From: Trueperaceae bacterium | GTDB lineage: Bacteria; Deinococcota; Deinococci; Deinococcales; Trueperaceae | Reading direction: 5' to 3' | Assembly: GCA_965215565.1 (NCBI GenBank) | Contig: CBDCDZ010000004.1 | Span: forward strand, 2,592,001-2,656,000 | DNA: 64,000 bases | Notes under the pieces: generated by a model | Database searches by the model: none | What the model was told of the DNA's origin: nothing | The model's input: only the letters and a program-made list of their open reading frames with translations | Position numbers and translations under genes: made by a program | Shown: piece after piece, positions 40,520 through 49,864 of the stretch | Position numbering within the stretch: the first letter of the stretch is position 1 | Layout of the letters: every line of letters begins with the position of its first letter

Positions 40520-41752
40520 CTAAACCCGCTTGAACACGAGCGCCGCGTTCTGTCCGCCGAAGGCGAAGTTCTGTGACAGCACGTAGTCCACCCGCTTCTC
40601 CCTGGGCGCTTCGGGGATGAAGTCCAGGTCAAGCTCGGGATCAGGATCGAGGTGGTAGTTGTGCGTCGGGGGCAGCGTGCAGGTGTGGAGCGCCTGCACG
40701 CTGGCAATCGCCTCGATGCCGCCCGCCGCGCCGAGGGTGTGTCCCGTAATCCCTTTGATAGAGGAGACTGGCGGAACCGCGTCCGCGCCGCCGAAAACGG
40801 CTTTGAGTGCCAGCGTCTCGTTGAGGTCGTTCGCGGGCGTCGAGGTGCCGTGCGCGTTGACGTAACCCACTTGGTCAGCGCTTATGCCCGCCGACTTGAG
40901 CGCCCAATTGACCGCTCTAACCGCGCCTGCGCCGCCCGGCGCGGGCTGCGTCATGTGGTAGGCGTCGGCGCTGGTGGACGCGCCCACGACTTCGGCGTAG
41001 ATGCGCGCGCCGCGCGCTCTAGCGTGCTCGAACTCCTCGAGCACCAGAATCCCTGCGCCTTCGCCCGCCACGAAGCCGTCGCGTGAGGCGGTGAAGGGGC
41101 GACTCGCCGTCTCGGGGCTCTCGTTGCGCGTCGAGAGGGCTTTCATCACGGCGAAACCGCCGATGCCGATAGGCGTCACGCACGCTTCGCTGCCGCCCGT
41201 GATCATGATTTGGGCCTCGCCGCGCTGGATGATGTGAAAGGCGTCGCCGACTGCGCCCGAGCCCGTCGAGCACGCCGTGACCACCGCGCTGCTCGGTCCT
41301 TGCAGTCCGTAGCGCATCGCGACTTGCCCCGAACCCATGTTGGCGATCATCATCGGGATGAAAAAGGGGCTCATGCGCATCGGGCTGCGCTCGAAGCGAA
41401 TCTTCGTCTGCGCCTCCCACGTCTCCAAGCCGCCGATGCCGCTGCCGATGCACGTGCCCGTGTGCTCGCCCGCCACCTCGTCTTCGCTGAGCCCCGCGTC
41501 CTCTAGTGCTAGCGCCGCGCCGATAAGCGCGAAATGTACGTAGCGGTCTAGCCGCTTCGCCTCCTTGCGCTCGATGTACTGGGAGACGTCGACGTCGACT
41601 TCGCCCGCGATGGTGACGTCAGTTTGGCTGGCGTCAAACCGGGTGATCTGGCGGATGCCGTTCTTGCCTTCGTGCTGAGCCTGCAAAAAAGCTTCTGCGC
41701 CGACGCCAACTGAAGTGACCGGACCTACACCTGTGACTACAACTCGCTTCAT
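40520..41752 (-). CDS. fabF: Beta-ketoacyl-ACP synthase II
   Basis: TACSTG, NAHGTST, GHTLGAAG, FAFGG. Confidence 0.96.
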   Translation of the reverse strand: MKRVVVTGVGPVTSVGVGAEAFLQAQHEGKNGIRQITRFDASQTDVTIAGEVDVDVSQYIERKEAKRLDRYVHFALIGAALALEDAGLSEDEVAGEHTGTCIGSGIGGLETWEAQTKIRFERSPMRMSPFFIPMMIANMGSGQVAMRYGLQGPSSAVVTACSTGSGAVGDAFHIIQRGEAQIMITGGSEACVTPIGIGGFAVMKALSTRNESPETASRPFTASRDGFVAGEGAGILVLEEFEHARARGARIYAEVVGASTSADAYHMTQPAPGGAGAVRAVNWALKSAGISADQVGYVNAHGTSTPANDLNETLALKAVFGGADAVPPVSSIKGITGHTLGAAGGIEAIASVQALHTCTLPPTHNYHLDPDPELDLDFIPEAPREKRVDYVLSQNFAFGGQNAALVFKRV

Positions 41753-41825
41753 AGGATGACCTTACCGCCGCGCTTCCTTGACGGGAACGTCTTGACGCCG
41801 TCTTTGCGGAGAAGCGCGAGCTGCC

Positions 41826-42065
41826 TTACTTCTGCGCCGCGACGAAATCCACCGCGTCGCCCACGGTGCGGATATTTTCAGCTTCTTCGTCGCTGATCTC
41901 GATGCCGAACTCGTCCTCTAAGCCCATGATGAGTTCGACGACGTCTAGAGAGTCCGCGCCCAAGTCGTCCACGAAAGACGCCTCCTCTTTGACCTCGCCA
42001 GGATCGGCGTCGAGTTTGTCGGCGGTAACTTCTTTGATCTTATCCAGAATTTCGCTGCGTTCCAT
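41826..42065 (-). CDS. acpP: Acyl carrier protein
   Basis: [12 protein letters not shown]. Confidence 0.97.
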   Translation of the reverse strand: MERSEILDKIKEVTADKLDADPGEVKEEASFVDDLGADSLDVVELIMGLEDEFGIEISDEEAENIRTVGDAVDFVAAQK

Positions 42066-42234
42066 TGACTGTCCTCCAAAAGTTAAGGGTGTTTCGGGTA
42101 AATCTCAGGGATTCTAACACGGGCTGTAAAGAGAATGCACGCTGAGAGGGTTGCCGCAATACCACCCGGTGATGTGAGTGCTGGCTCGAAGCTTCTTTAG
42201 TAGCAGCGTGTCTGAGGGCACACACCTTGCACGG

Positions 42235-42300
42235 TGACCAGATGATACCTGCTACCTTGACCAGATGATACCTGCTTGCACGATGACCAGATGATACCTG
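42235..42300 (-). repeat. Three tandem copies of the repeat A end TGACCAGATGATACCTG
   Basis: 17-nt unit three times with 6- and 9-nt spacers. Confidence 0.85.
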
Positions 42301-42434
42301 TAGCAGTTCCAAGACATACTGAGACGGATGAGCGCAGGTATCATCATCGAATGTGGGTGCTAGTTAGGCACTTTTCGCAAAGCGAAACGTCGTTTCATCT
42401 AGTGAGCGTGTCTCAAACCAGATGATACCTGCTA
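42301..42434 (-). mobile_element. Repeat family A full copy
   Basis: TAGCAGTTCCAAGACATACTGAGAC...GCAGGTATCATC...CCAGATGATACCTGCTA. Confidence 0.85.
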
Positions 42435-42437
42435 CTG

Positions 42438-43175
42438 CTAATACGCCACCATACCCCCGTCCACCGCGAGCGTCTGTCCATTGACATACGCCGCGTCTTC
42501 GCTCACTAAGAAAGCGACGACTTTAGCGACCTCTTCCGGTGAGCCGAAGCGCCCCGCCGGAATCTGCCCCAGGTAGCGTGCTTTAAGCTCGTCTGAAAGT
42601 TCTTCGGTCATGTCCGAGGCGATAAAGCCCGGCGCGACCGCGTTCGCCGTGACGCCCTTGCCGCCATACTCCTTGGCGAGCGCCTTGGTGAGACCCAAAA
42701 GCCCCGCTTTGGCGGTGACGTAATTCGCCTGCCCGACGTTGCCCATGATGCCCACTACCGATGAGATATTCACGACGCGCCCCCACTTGCCGCGCACCAT
42801 GCCGCGCAGCGCCGCTTTGGTGAGGTGAAAGGCGCTCGAGAGGTCCGTGTCGATCACGTCCGTCCAATCTTGCGCTTTCATGCGCATGGCGAGACCGTCT
42901 TTGGTGATACCCGCGTTGTTGACCAAGATATCCAGTCCGCCGAACGCCCCGCTGACCTCTTTAATCAACGTCTGGCACGCCTCGGAGTCCGCGATATCGG
43001 CGCTGAAAACTTCGGCGTTTACGCCCGCGTCTCGTGCGAGCTTAGCGACCTCTTCGGCGGGCTCCGCCCTTCGGACGTAGTGCACGGCGATATCATGACC
43101 TTTTCGCGCCAACTCGAGCGCCATCGCCCGCCCTAAACCGCGACTCGAGCCCGTCACCAGCGCCGTCCGCGTCAC
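42438..43175 (-). CDS. fabG: 3-oxoacyl-ACP reductase
   Basis: TGSSRGLG, NNAGITKD, YVTAK, APGFI. Confidence 0.96.
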   Translation of the reverse strand: MTRTALVTGSSRGLGRAMALELARKGHDIAVHYVRRAEPAEEVAKLARDAGVNAEVFSADIADSEACQTLIKEVSGAFGGLDILVNNAGITKDGLAMRMKAQDWTDVIDTDLSSAFHLTKAALRGMVRGKWGRVVNISSVVGIMGNVGQANYVTAKAGLLGLTKALAKEYGGKGVTANAVAPGFIASDMTEELSDELKARYLGQIPAGRFGSPEEVAKVVAFLVSEDAAYVNGQTLAVDGGMVAY

Positions 43176-44101
43176 CTTGCGACCTCTTGTAAGTTGGCTA
43201 AAGTGTCAGCGTCATAGACAGGGTGCGCTTCCGCCGTTTTATCCACCCGCTTGACGAGCCCGGCTAGGACCTTGCCCGAGCCGAACTCTAAAAACGTCGT
43301 CACGCCCAGACGCTGCAAGCGTTGCACCAGTTCAACCCAGCGCACCGCCCGCGTCACCTGCTCCTCTAAAAGCTGCGGCGCGCGGCTCACATCCGCTATA
43401 ACGTCCGCCGTGACATTGCTGAGCACCGGAAACGAGGGCGTATGAAACTCGGTCTCTTTGAGAATCACAGCGAGCTTGTCCGCCGCGGGCTTCATCAAGC
43501 GGCAGTGAAAGGGCGCGGAGACGTTGAGAGGAATGACTCTCGCCCGCACCTCTTTAAGCTTTTCGCTCGCCTTCTCGACGGCGTCACGTTCACCGGAAAT
43601 CACCGTTTGCTCGGGTGAGTTGTAGTTCGCCACCTCTACAATCCCGCCAGAGTCCGCCGCAACCTCTTCGCAGACCTCTTTCACCTGCGCTGCGTTCACT
43701 TTGAGCACCGCCGCCATCGCACCCTCGCCTTCGGGCACGGCGTCTTGCATGTACTGTCCGCGCTTACGCACCAGTTTGAGGGCGTCCTCGAGCTTAACGG
43801 ACCCCGCCGCCACGTGCGCCGTAAATTCACCTAAGCTGTGTCCCGCCGCGTAGCGAGGCCTCTCTCCGCCCGCCTCGACAAATGCCGCGAACGCCGCCGC
43901 GCCCGCCGCGACGAGCGCGGGTTGCTGGTTGGCGGTGAGCTTGAGCGTGTCCTCGGGACCCTCCCACATAATCTTTAAGAGTCCGGGCAGGGCGGCTTCG
44001 GCTCTGTCTAAGATGGACTTGGCGGCGGGACTCGAGTCGTAAAATCCCTGCGCCATCCCTACCGCCTGTGAGTTCTGCCCCGGAAAGAGCGCCGCAATCA
44101 T
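43172..44101 (-). CDS. fabD: Malonyl CoA-ACP transacylase
   Basis: FPGQ, GHSLGE, VSAPFH; start ATG 44101. Confidence 0.95.
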   Translation of the reverse strand: MIAALFPGQNSQAVGMAQGFYDSSPAAKSILDRAEAALPGLLKIMWEGPEDTLKLTANQQPALVAAGAAAFAAFVEAGGERPRYAAGHSLGEFTAHVAAGSVKLEDALKLVRKRGQYMQDAVPEGEGAMAAVLKVNAAQVKEVCEEVAADSGGIVEVANYNSPEQTVISGERDAVEKASEKLKEVRARVIPLNVSAPFHCRLMKPAADKLAVILKETEFHTPSFPVLSNVTADVIADVSRAPQLLEEQVTRAVRWVELVQRLQRLGVTTFLEFGSGKVLAGLVKRVDKTAEAHPVYDADTLANLQEVAR

Positions 44102-45108
44102 GCCGCCTCCATGAGCCCGCCCCAAGTGATGACGCTGGACGCCCACGTCAGCCCTGCTCCGAACGCGACGAGGAGCAGTTTATCGCCTTCTCGAATACGC
44201 CCACCATCGAGCGCGTGTTTGAGCGCCAAAGGGATGCTCGCCGTCGAGACGTTGCCGTATTCGTCCACCGTCACCACGACGCGCTCTTCGGGGAGTTCCA
44301 AACGCTCCCGCGCCGCTTTGATAATGCGCAAGTTCGCCTGATGCGGCACGAAAAGCGAAATGTCGTCCGGTGTGAGCCCCGCTCTTTTAATGGCGTCTAA
44401 TGAGGCGCTCTGCATGACGCGCACCGCGAACTTAAACACCTCTGCGCCGTTCTGGTAGATGTGGTTCGTTATCTTTGTTCCGTCAGGCAAGCACGGCGCA
44501 ACCGCTTTGGCGTGTAAGAACTTGCCGCCCGAGCCGTCCGCCCCCAACACGAAGGAGGAAAACCCATAAGGTTCCGGCACTGCTTCGATGATGGCTGCGC
44601 CCGCCGCGTCACCGAAGAGAACAGCGGTGCTGCGGTCCTCCCAGTCCACGAGCTTGGTGAGCGCCTCCGCGCCGACGGCTAAGACCTTTTTGCAAATCCC
44701 CGCCTCGACGTAGCCCTTCGCTACCGAGAGCGCGTAAAGCCAACCCGGGCACGCCGCCAAGAGGTCGAACGCGCCCGCGTCTAAATTAAAGCGGTTTTGC
44801 ACGATAGCCGCCGTCGAGGGAAAGAGCGCGTCGGGCGTGTTCGTCGCCACGATGACCATATCCACGCCCTCTAAGCTCGCCGCGCCGTGCCGACAGCGCA
44901 AATCTTCGACGCTTCTTATCGCCAAGTGAGAAGTGAACTCCTGCTCCGCCGCGACATGCCGCCGCTTGATACCCGTGCGCGCCGTAATCCACTCGTCGGA
45001 GGTGTCCATCATCGCTTCTAAATCTTTGTTGCTGAGGATTTCCTCGGGGGCGTACGCGCCTAGCGCACTGATGCCGGCCCGCGCCTTGTTGAAACTTGAA
45101 TGAGTCAC
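44098..45108 (-). CDS. fabH: Beta-ketoacyl-ACP synthase III
   Basis: AACPG, LFGDAAGA, PHQAN, GNVS, FGAG. Confidence 0.95.
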   Translation of the reverse strand: MTHSSFNKARAGISALGAYAPEEILSNKDLEAMMDTSDEWITARTGIKRRHVAAEQEFTSHLAIRSVEDLRCRHGAASLEGVDMVIVATNTPDALFPSTAAIVQNRFNLDAGAFDLLAACPGWLYALSVAKGYVEAGICKKVLAVGAEALTKLVDWEDRSTAVLFGDAAGAAIIEAVPEPYGFSSFVLGADGSGGKFLHAKAVAPCLPDGTKITNHIYQNGAEVFKFAVRVMQSASLDAIKRAGLTPDDISLFVPHQANLRIIKAARERLELPEERVVVTVDEYGNVSTASIPLALKHALDGGRIREGDKLLLVAFGAGLTWASSVITWGGLMEAA

Positions 45109-45141
45109 GAAATCACGTCCGCTCGTCTAAAGATAGGGCAT

Positions 45142-45173
45142 GTTATACCAAACTAGTTTGAGTGTGTCACTCA
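45142..45173 (-). promoter_or_regulatory. Putative fabH promoter with palindromic operator over -35
   Basis: Minus strand GTGACA-17 nt-TATAAC; TGAGTG-TGT-CACTCA palindrome at 45159-45173. Confidence 0.55.
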
Positions 45174-45210
45174 TACGCTGCATCTGGTGGCGCTTGTACT
45201 CTACACTTGA

Positions 45211-45307
45211 GGGAGCAATGAGGAACGAGCAATGAGTGAAAATCTTTAGACTCATTGCTCGTTACGGGCGAGCCCTGTCGTTTCATTGCTTTCAACTCAT
45301 TGCTTCC
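45211..45307. repeat. AGCAATG heptamer repeat cluster with internal module
   Basis: GAGCAATGAG...CTCATTGCTC; module CGTTACGGGCGAGCCCTGTCGTT. Confidence 0.7.
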
Positions 45308-45315
45308 TTAGCCAT

Positions 45316-45343
45316 AAAAAAAGAGGCTGCCAAGCAACCTCTT
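45316..45343 (-). terminator. Terminator of rpmF
   Basis: AAGAGGCTGC/GCAACCTCTT stem with a U-tract on the minus strand. Confidence 0.65.
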
Positions 45344-45362
45344 ACGTCAACAAGCTAGATAT

Positions 45363-45554
45363 TTAGTAATTATCAACGTCTAAAACTTGCTTACCACCGT
45401 ACGAGCCGCAGTGCGGACAAACGACGTGGCTGGGCTTGAGTTCGCTGCACTGGGCGCAGGAGACGAGGTTGGGCCCTGAGAGGGAATCGTGGGCACGCCT
45501 CGAGTCGCGTCTCGCTTTGGACATGCGTTTTTTGGGTACGGGATGCTTCGCCAT
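45363..45554 (-). CDS. rpmF: 50S ribosomal protein L32
   Basis: AKHPVPKKRMSKARRDSRR, two CxxC. Confidence 0.96.
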   Translation of the reverse strand: MAKHPVPKKRMSKARRDSRRAHDSLSGPNLVSCAQCSELKPSHVVCPHCGSYGGKQVLDVDNY

Positions 45555-45590
45555 GACAAACTCCTTTTACTTCTTTATCCTTAAACCTCT

Positions 45591-46154
45591 CTAGTTGTTG
45601 AGGTCCAAATCTTTCAAAACAGAGAAGGGTGATTCGGGCTGTTGGGCCTTGACGGGCGCTTCGTGATCGGGATGATCGTTCAGATTGACGCCGTCGAGCG
45701 AGAGCCCCTTGCAGGTCTCCTTACAGAGTACCGTAAGTGGCAGGTCAATAGCAAAAATTTGCGCTAAAAGTGGGGCAAAATCCACCTCTGGCTTGCCAAA
45801 GATGAGCATATCGTCTTCATCTTCGGACTCTTTTAGGGTCAAGTTGCCGTTGCCCGCTTTGTACGCCATCGGGTAAACGAGGTCGGTGCGGAGCGTCGTC
45901 GCCACGTCTGTTAAGCAGCGGCGGCACTCCTGCACGGCCGTACCGGAAACATCCCCCATCAAGAGGTAATCGTCATCACCACCCGTAGAGCGCACGCTGA
46001 GGTGCCACTCCAAGGGCGTCTCGAGCCTCAGCCCATCCGCCTCTAAAAGCGCCTCGTCTGGCATGAGCAGCCCGTCACCCTCAACCTCGCCCCCCGCGTC
46101 GGGGTCTTGCTTGAGCAAACTCGCTAAGTTGAGAATCGCATCTTGCCTAGACAT
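45591..46154 (-). CDS. YceD/DUF177 family protein
   Basis: ECRRCL, LCKETCKGL; upstream of rpmF. Confidence 0.9.
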   Translation of the reverse strand: MSRQDAILNLASLLKQDPDAGGEVEGDGLLMPDEALLEADGLRLETPLEWHLSVRSTGGDDDYLLMGDVSGTAVQECRRCLTDVATTLRTDLVYPMAYKAGNGNLTLKESEDEDDMLIFGKPEVDFAPLLAQIFAIDLPLTVLCKETCKGLSLDGVNLNDHPDHEAPVKAQQPESPFSVLKDLDLNN

Positions 46155-46270
46155 CCCATTAGATTAAGGGCTTACAGCACAGGGTGTCAAGGCGTGGTGA
46201 GACAGGGGAAAGCAGTAGTCGAGTAGTCAGAATCCAGTAGGTTTTCATGCTGAATTCTGACTACTGCCTT

Positions 46271-47308
46271 TTACGCTCCCACCACCTCTTTCGCCTTGAA
46301 GAGTTTGTTGTACTCTCTCGCTTCGCGCCCTTCCCAGCCGCGCTTGTGATAGGCGTAGCCAGCAATGAGAGGCAGCGTCACCGTCGCCTCGCCGTAGACC
46401 ATCTGCTCATACGCCAAGTCCACCTTGCCCCACGAGTTCGCCTCTTTAAGTGTCGAGCCGGAGAGTGCGCCGTCGCGCTCGTCGGCGACGGTGAGTTGCA
46501 CAGCGTAGCGGTGCATCGCCGCGTCATGACCTAAAAACTCGGCGGAGACGACGATGTCTTGCACGAAGTTTTTAGGCACGCCGCCACCAATCATAAAGAT
46601 GCCCGTCGTCCCTTGCGCGATTTTGACTTGAGTGAGTTCGCGGAAGTCTTTCACCGAATCGATGGAGACGTGCGCGTCGGGGTTGTGCGTTTGGTGGAAC
46701 ACAAGCCCAAAACCCGCCGAGCAGTCGCTGAAGGCAGGGACGAAGATAGGAACGTCACGTTCGAAACACTCGCGGACGATGGAGTCTTGTCCTAAATTGT
46801 TCTGGACGAGGTAGCGCCCCATTTCCACGATGAACTCGCGGGAGCTGTACGCGCCTGGCTCCATACCGTCTGCAATCTGCCGAACCGTGTCGTCGCAGAC
46901 GCGCAACTCCTCTTCGTTGATGTACGTATCGTAAATTCGGTCAATCGCGAGTTCGCGCAGGGTGTTATCATCCGCCGCCGTGTCGCCCTGATAGTGCTTG
47001 TAGCCGAGCCCCTCGAAGAAGTCCTGGTCTACGATGTTTGCGCCCGTCGCGACGATGGCGTCCACCATGTTGTTGCGGATAAGGTCTAAAACGACGAGCT
47101 TTTGCCCCGCCGAGACGATGCTGCCCGCGAGCGTCAAGACGATGCCCGCGTCCTCGTCGCGAATCATCAGGTCGTAAATACTTGCGGCGCGTGCGAGCGT
47201 CCGCGCGGAGAAAGCAGTTTTGCCCATCGCCTCGACTAAGGGGACGACGTTCGTTTCTTTGATGTCGATATGTTCGACGGTGTCTTTGAGGAAGTCTTGT
47301 TTTTGCAT
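46271..47308 (-). CDS. Deoxyhypusine-synthase-like protein (probable homospermidine pathway, SpeY-like)
   Basis: IDRIYD, PAFSD, GGGVPKNF, DGALSGSTLKEANSWGK. Confidence 0.88.
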   Translation of the reverse strand: MQKQDFLKDTVEHIDIKETNVVPLVEAMGKTAFSARTLARAASIYDLMIRDEDAGIVLTLAGSIVSAGQKLVVLDLIRNNMVDAIVATGANIVDQDFFEGLGYKHYQGDTAADDNTLRELAIDRIYDTYINEEELRVCDDTVRQIADGMEPGAYSSREFIVEMGRYLVQNNLGQDSIVRECFERDVPIFVPAFSDCSAGFGLVFHQTHNPDAHVSIDSVKDFRELTQVKIAQGTTGIFMIGGGVPKNFVQDIVVSAEFLGHDAAMHRYAVQLTVADERDGALSGSTLKEANSWGKVDLAYEQMVYGEATVTLPLIAGYAYHKRGWEGREAREYNKLFKAKEVVGA

Positions 47309-47310
47309 TT

Positions 47311-47457
47311 TTTAGCCTCCAAATGAACTTGAGAATCTGTTCAAACTGTCCGTGGCTAAAGAGGTGGGAAAAGAAAAAGACCACGGTATTTTGGAGTCCT
47401 ACGGCTCTTACTCGAATATTTAAGCGAAAGAGCCGCCATCGGTACTCCCCGTGGCTA
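47311..47457 (-). ncRNA. Candidate cis-regulatory RNA leader (riboswitch-like) of the DHS-like gene
   Basis: Nested stems CCACGG/CCGTGG, GGAGT/ACTCC, CGGCTCTT/AAGAGCCG; second TAGCCACGG copy and TTTAGCC anti-SD downstream. Confidence 0.7.
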
Positions 47458-47540
47458 GTCTGTCAATCATGAAGGGTTGGCGGGGAAAAATCAAGAGGTT
47501 GCCAGACGAAAGAAGGTTTCGCTAGCACGGTTGGAACAAG

Positions 47541-48317
47541 CTAAGTCAGTGTGATCTGCACAGGCCCCAACCCCACCCCCTCCGCCACCGCCGTATAACT
47601 TTCCCTTGCCTGAACGGGCATCGGCGTCGCAAACGTCCCCGTCGTAATGATGTCCCCCGCTCGAAGCGAATCCGAGCGTTCGTCCAACAGGTTAAGCAGC
47701 CCCTCGAGCGCGTTCAGCGGACTCCCCATCACGTCCGCCCCGCTCCCCTGCGCAACCTCTTCACCCTCTTTGAAGAGCGTCACGCGGACCTGCTCGAGTG
47801 CACCCTTCAATCTCTCCTTGCGCTCCTGCGTCACGACGAGCGGCTGCCCTACGATGAGCGCCGCGTGCAGACCGAAATCCGCCACCGCGTCGGCGGGTTT
47901 GAAGTTCCAATCTGGATAGTGGCAATCGACGACCTCATACCCTAGCGCGAGCCACTCGATATTGTCCAAAAGGTCAGCCTCGCCGCCGCGCCAGCGAAAG
48001 ATGATTTCGGGCTCGAGCTTAGGCGCAGCCGTTCCCTCCAAAGAGAGGCGTATCTCGCCATCTTGGGCGTAATGTGCCGTGTCAGAGTATATGTAACCCC
48101 ACACGGGCGCGTCCAAGCCTAGCTTGTCCCAGGCTGCTGTATTGGTCAGCCCGATTTTGCGCCCGATGACCTCATGACCTTGGGCGACGCGCCGCCGCAT
48201 AAGTTCGTCGGCGACGTCGTACGCGGCGGAGAGGTCAAAGTCCCCGTCAGAAGAAGGCGGGGTGAGGAAGGTGGCGTTCTTTCGGGCGTTCATAAGGTCG
48301 TCGGCGAGTTGGGTCAT
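47541..48317 (-). CDS. 2-keto-4-pentenoate hydratase / FAH superfamily protein
   Basis: GRKIGLT, LEPEI, EVVD, ADFG, GDIITTGT; start ATG 48317. Confidence 0.85.
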   Translation of the reverse strand: MTQLADDLMNARKNATFLTPPSSDGDFDLSAAYDVADELMRRRVAQGHEVIGRKIGLTNTAAWDKLGLDAPVWGYIYSDTAHYAQDGEIRLSLEGTAAPKLEPEIIFRWRGGEADLLDNIEWLALGYEVVDCHYPDWNFKPADAVADFGLHAALIVGQPLVVTQERKERLKGALEQVRVTLFKEGEEVAQGSGADVMGSPLNALEGLLNLLDERSDSLRAGDIITTGTFATPMPVQARESYTAVAEGVGLGPVQITLT

Positions 48318-48375
48318 GGGTTCATCTTGCGCGAACGCTTCCCCTAAGTCAACAGGTGAGGGAAAGAGGGTAGTA

Positions 48376-48487
48376 TAGCAAGTATCATTTGGTTTGAGCC
48401 AATCTGAGAAGAGAAAACACGCTCTAGCACTCACTTAATTGTGATGATACTTGCGTGATTCACGCTCAGTACTTATGTCAATTGCTA
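48376..48487 (+). mobile_element. Repeat family A copy with compensatory stem change
   Basis: TAGCAAGTATCA...TGATACTTGC...ATTGCTA. Confidence 0.8.
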
Positions 48488-48549
48488 TAGTGAGTTGAAC
48501 GCTGCTACGTGCCCCTCGCTGCTACCTCTACATACTGAACAGGAGGGTG

Positions 48550-48574
48550 AACAAGGGGTTGAAACCCCTTGCTT
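48550..48574. repeat. REP-like palindrome
   Basis: AACAAGGGGTTGAAACCCCTTGCTT; upstream GGGTGA also shared with the 1982 copy. Confidence 0.8.
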
Positions 48575-48607
48575 CGACATCAGCGTTTCTGCCTTCTCTA
48601 TATCTGT

Positions 48608-48743
48608 TAGCAGGTATCATCTGGTCCGAAACACTCTCACTTTTGAGAACATCGTACAGCACACACATTTTGAGATGAAATTCCGCTAGTCCTTGCGGAC
48701 AGAGATCTGCGCTCATCCGTCTCAGTATGTTTTGGAACTGCTG
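48608..48743 (+). mobile_element. Repeat family A copy
   Basis: TAGCAGGTATCATCTGG...CTCAGTATGTTTTGGAACTGCTG. Confidence 0.85.
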
Positions 48744-48760
48744 TGTATTCTTCAAATCTT

Positions 48761-49864
48761 CTACGGCGCAAACGTCTCGACTCTTTCGGTGATGCTTTCT
48801 ATAAAGTCCCGCTTCAAGTTTACGCCGATGCCCGGACCTTCAGGGATGTGCTGCACGCCGTCCACTGCGTCTAAAAGGGGTTCTACAATGTCCTCGTCCC
48901 AGTAGCGAGAGGCGCTAGACGTGTCGCCTGGCAGCGTGAAGCCCGCTAGCGAACTGAGGTGGAGGTTGTGCGCCCTACCGACGCCGAGTTCTAACATACC
49001 GCCGCACCATACGGGTGCGCCGAACGAGAGCGCCACGTCGTGCGTGCGCCGCGCGTGGAGATGACCGCGCACCCGCCCAACTTTGACGTTGATCACGCGA
49101 CCCGCGCCCTGCTGCAAGCCTTTGCGGGCGTCCTCGGGGGAGTGGATGGACTCGTCCAGACAGAGCGGCGTCGCGAGTTGGCGCTGAAGCTGGGCGTGGT
49201 CGAAGAGGTCGTCATGTGCCAGCGGTTGCTCGATATAGTCGAGCCCGAGTTCGTCGAGTTGTTGAAAGACCCGCGCATCGGTCAAGGAGTACGCGCTGTT
49301 GGCGTCCACGGTGAGGGGCATGTCGGGCAAGGCGCCCCGAACGGCGCGTAAAGGTTCGACGTCCCAACCCGGCTTGATTTTGAACTTGAGGCGTTTGTAG
49401 CCCTCTTCGGCGTGGGCTTGCGCGAGTTCAACGGTTTCTTCTGCACTTTCTTGAATCCCTAACGACGCGCCCACGGGATGCGCGGTGCGCTCGCCGCCGA
49501 GAAGAACCCAAAGGGGCACGTTCGCCGCTTTCGCCTGCAAGTCCCAAAAGGCTGTCTCCAGGGCCGCCACCGCCATGTTGTGTCCGCGAATCAAGGCCAG
49601 GTCGTTCAGGAGTTGTGCGGGCGTGGTGTAGTCCTTGCCGACGACTTGGGGCAGGATATGTTTTTTGAGAACCAGCCACGCTGTATCCACCGTCTCGTAG
49701 GAATAGCCCGGAACGACGTTGGCGGTGGCTTCGCCGTAGCCTTCTAAGCCTTCGCTGAACACGGTGACGAGCAATTTGCGAAAATGCTGCTCGACGCCGA
49801 AACTCGTCTTGAAGCGGAAGCGCAGCTTGAGGTGTACGGTGCGCAGTTCGATACGCTCGATCAC
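48761..49864 (-). CDS. menC: o-succinylbenzoate synthase / N-succinylamino acid racemase
   Basis: KFKIKPG, VDAN, IEQP, LDES, WCGGMLE, PGDTSSA; GTG start after GGAGG. Confidence 0.9.
   Translation of the reverse strand: MIERIELRTVHLKLRFRFKTSFGVEQHFRKLLVTVFSEGLEGYGEATANVVPGYSYETVDTAWLVLKKHILPQVVGKDYTTPAQLLNDLALIRGHNMAVAALETAFWDLQAKAANVPLWVLLGGERTAHPVGASLGIQESAEETVELAQAHAEEGYKRLKFKIKPGWDVEPLRAVRGALPDMPLTVDANSAYSLTDARVFQQLDELGLDYIEQPLAHDDLFDHAQLQRQLATPLCLDESIHSPEDARKGLQQGAGRVINVKVGRVRGHLHARRTHDVALSFGAPVWCGGMLELGVGRAHNLHLSSLAGFTLPGDTSSASRYWDEDIVEPLLDAVDGVQHIPEGPGIGVNLKRDFIESITERVETFAP

Noticed and set aside
42235..42300. Possible mini-CRISPR (three direct repeats)
   Set aside because: Unit is only 17 nt with 6-9 nt spacers, it is the end of dispersed family A, and no cas genes are present
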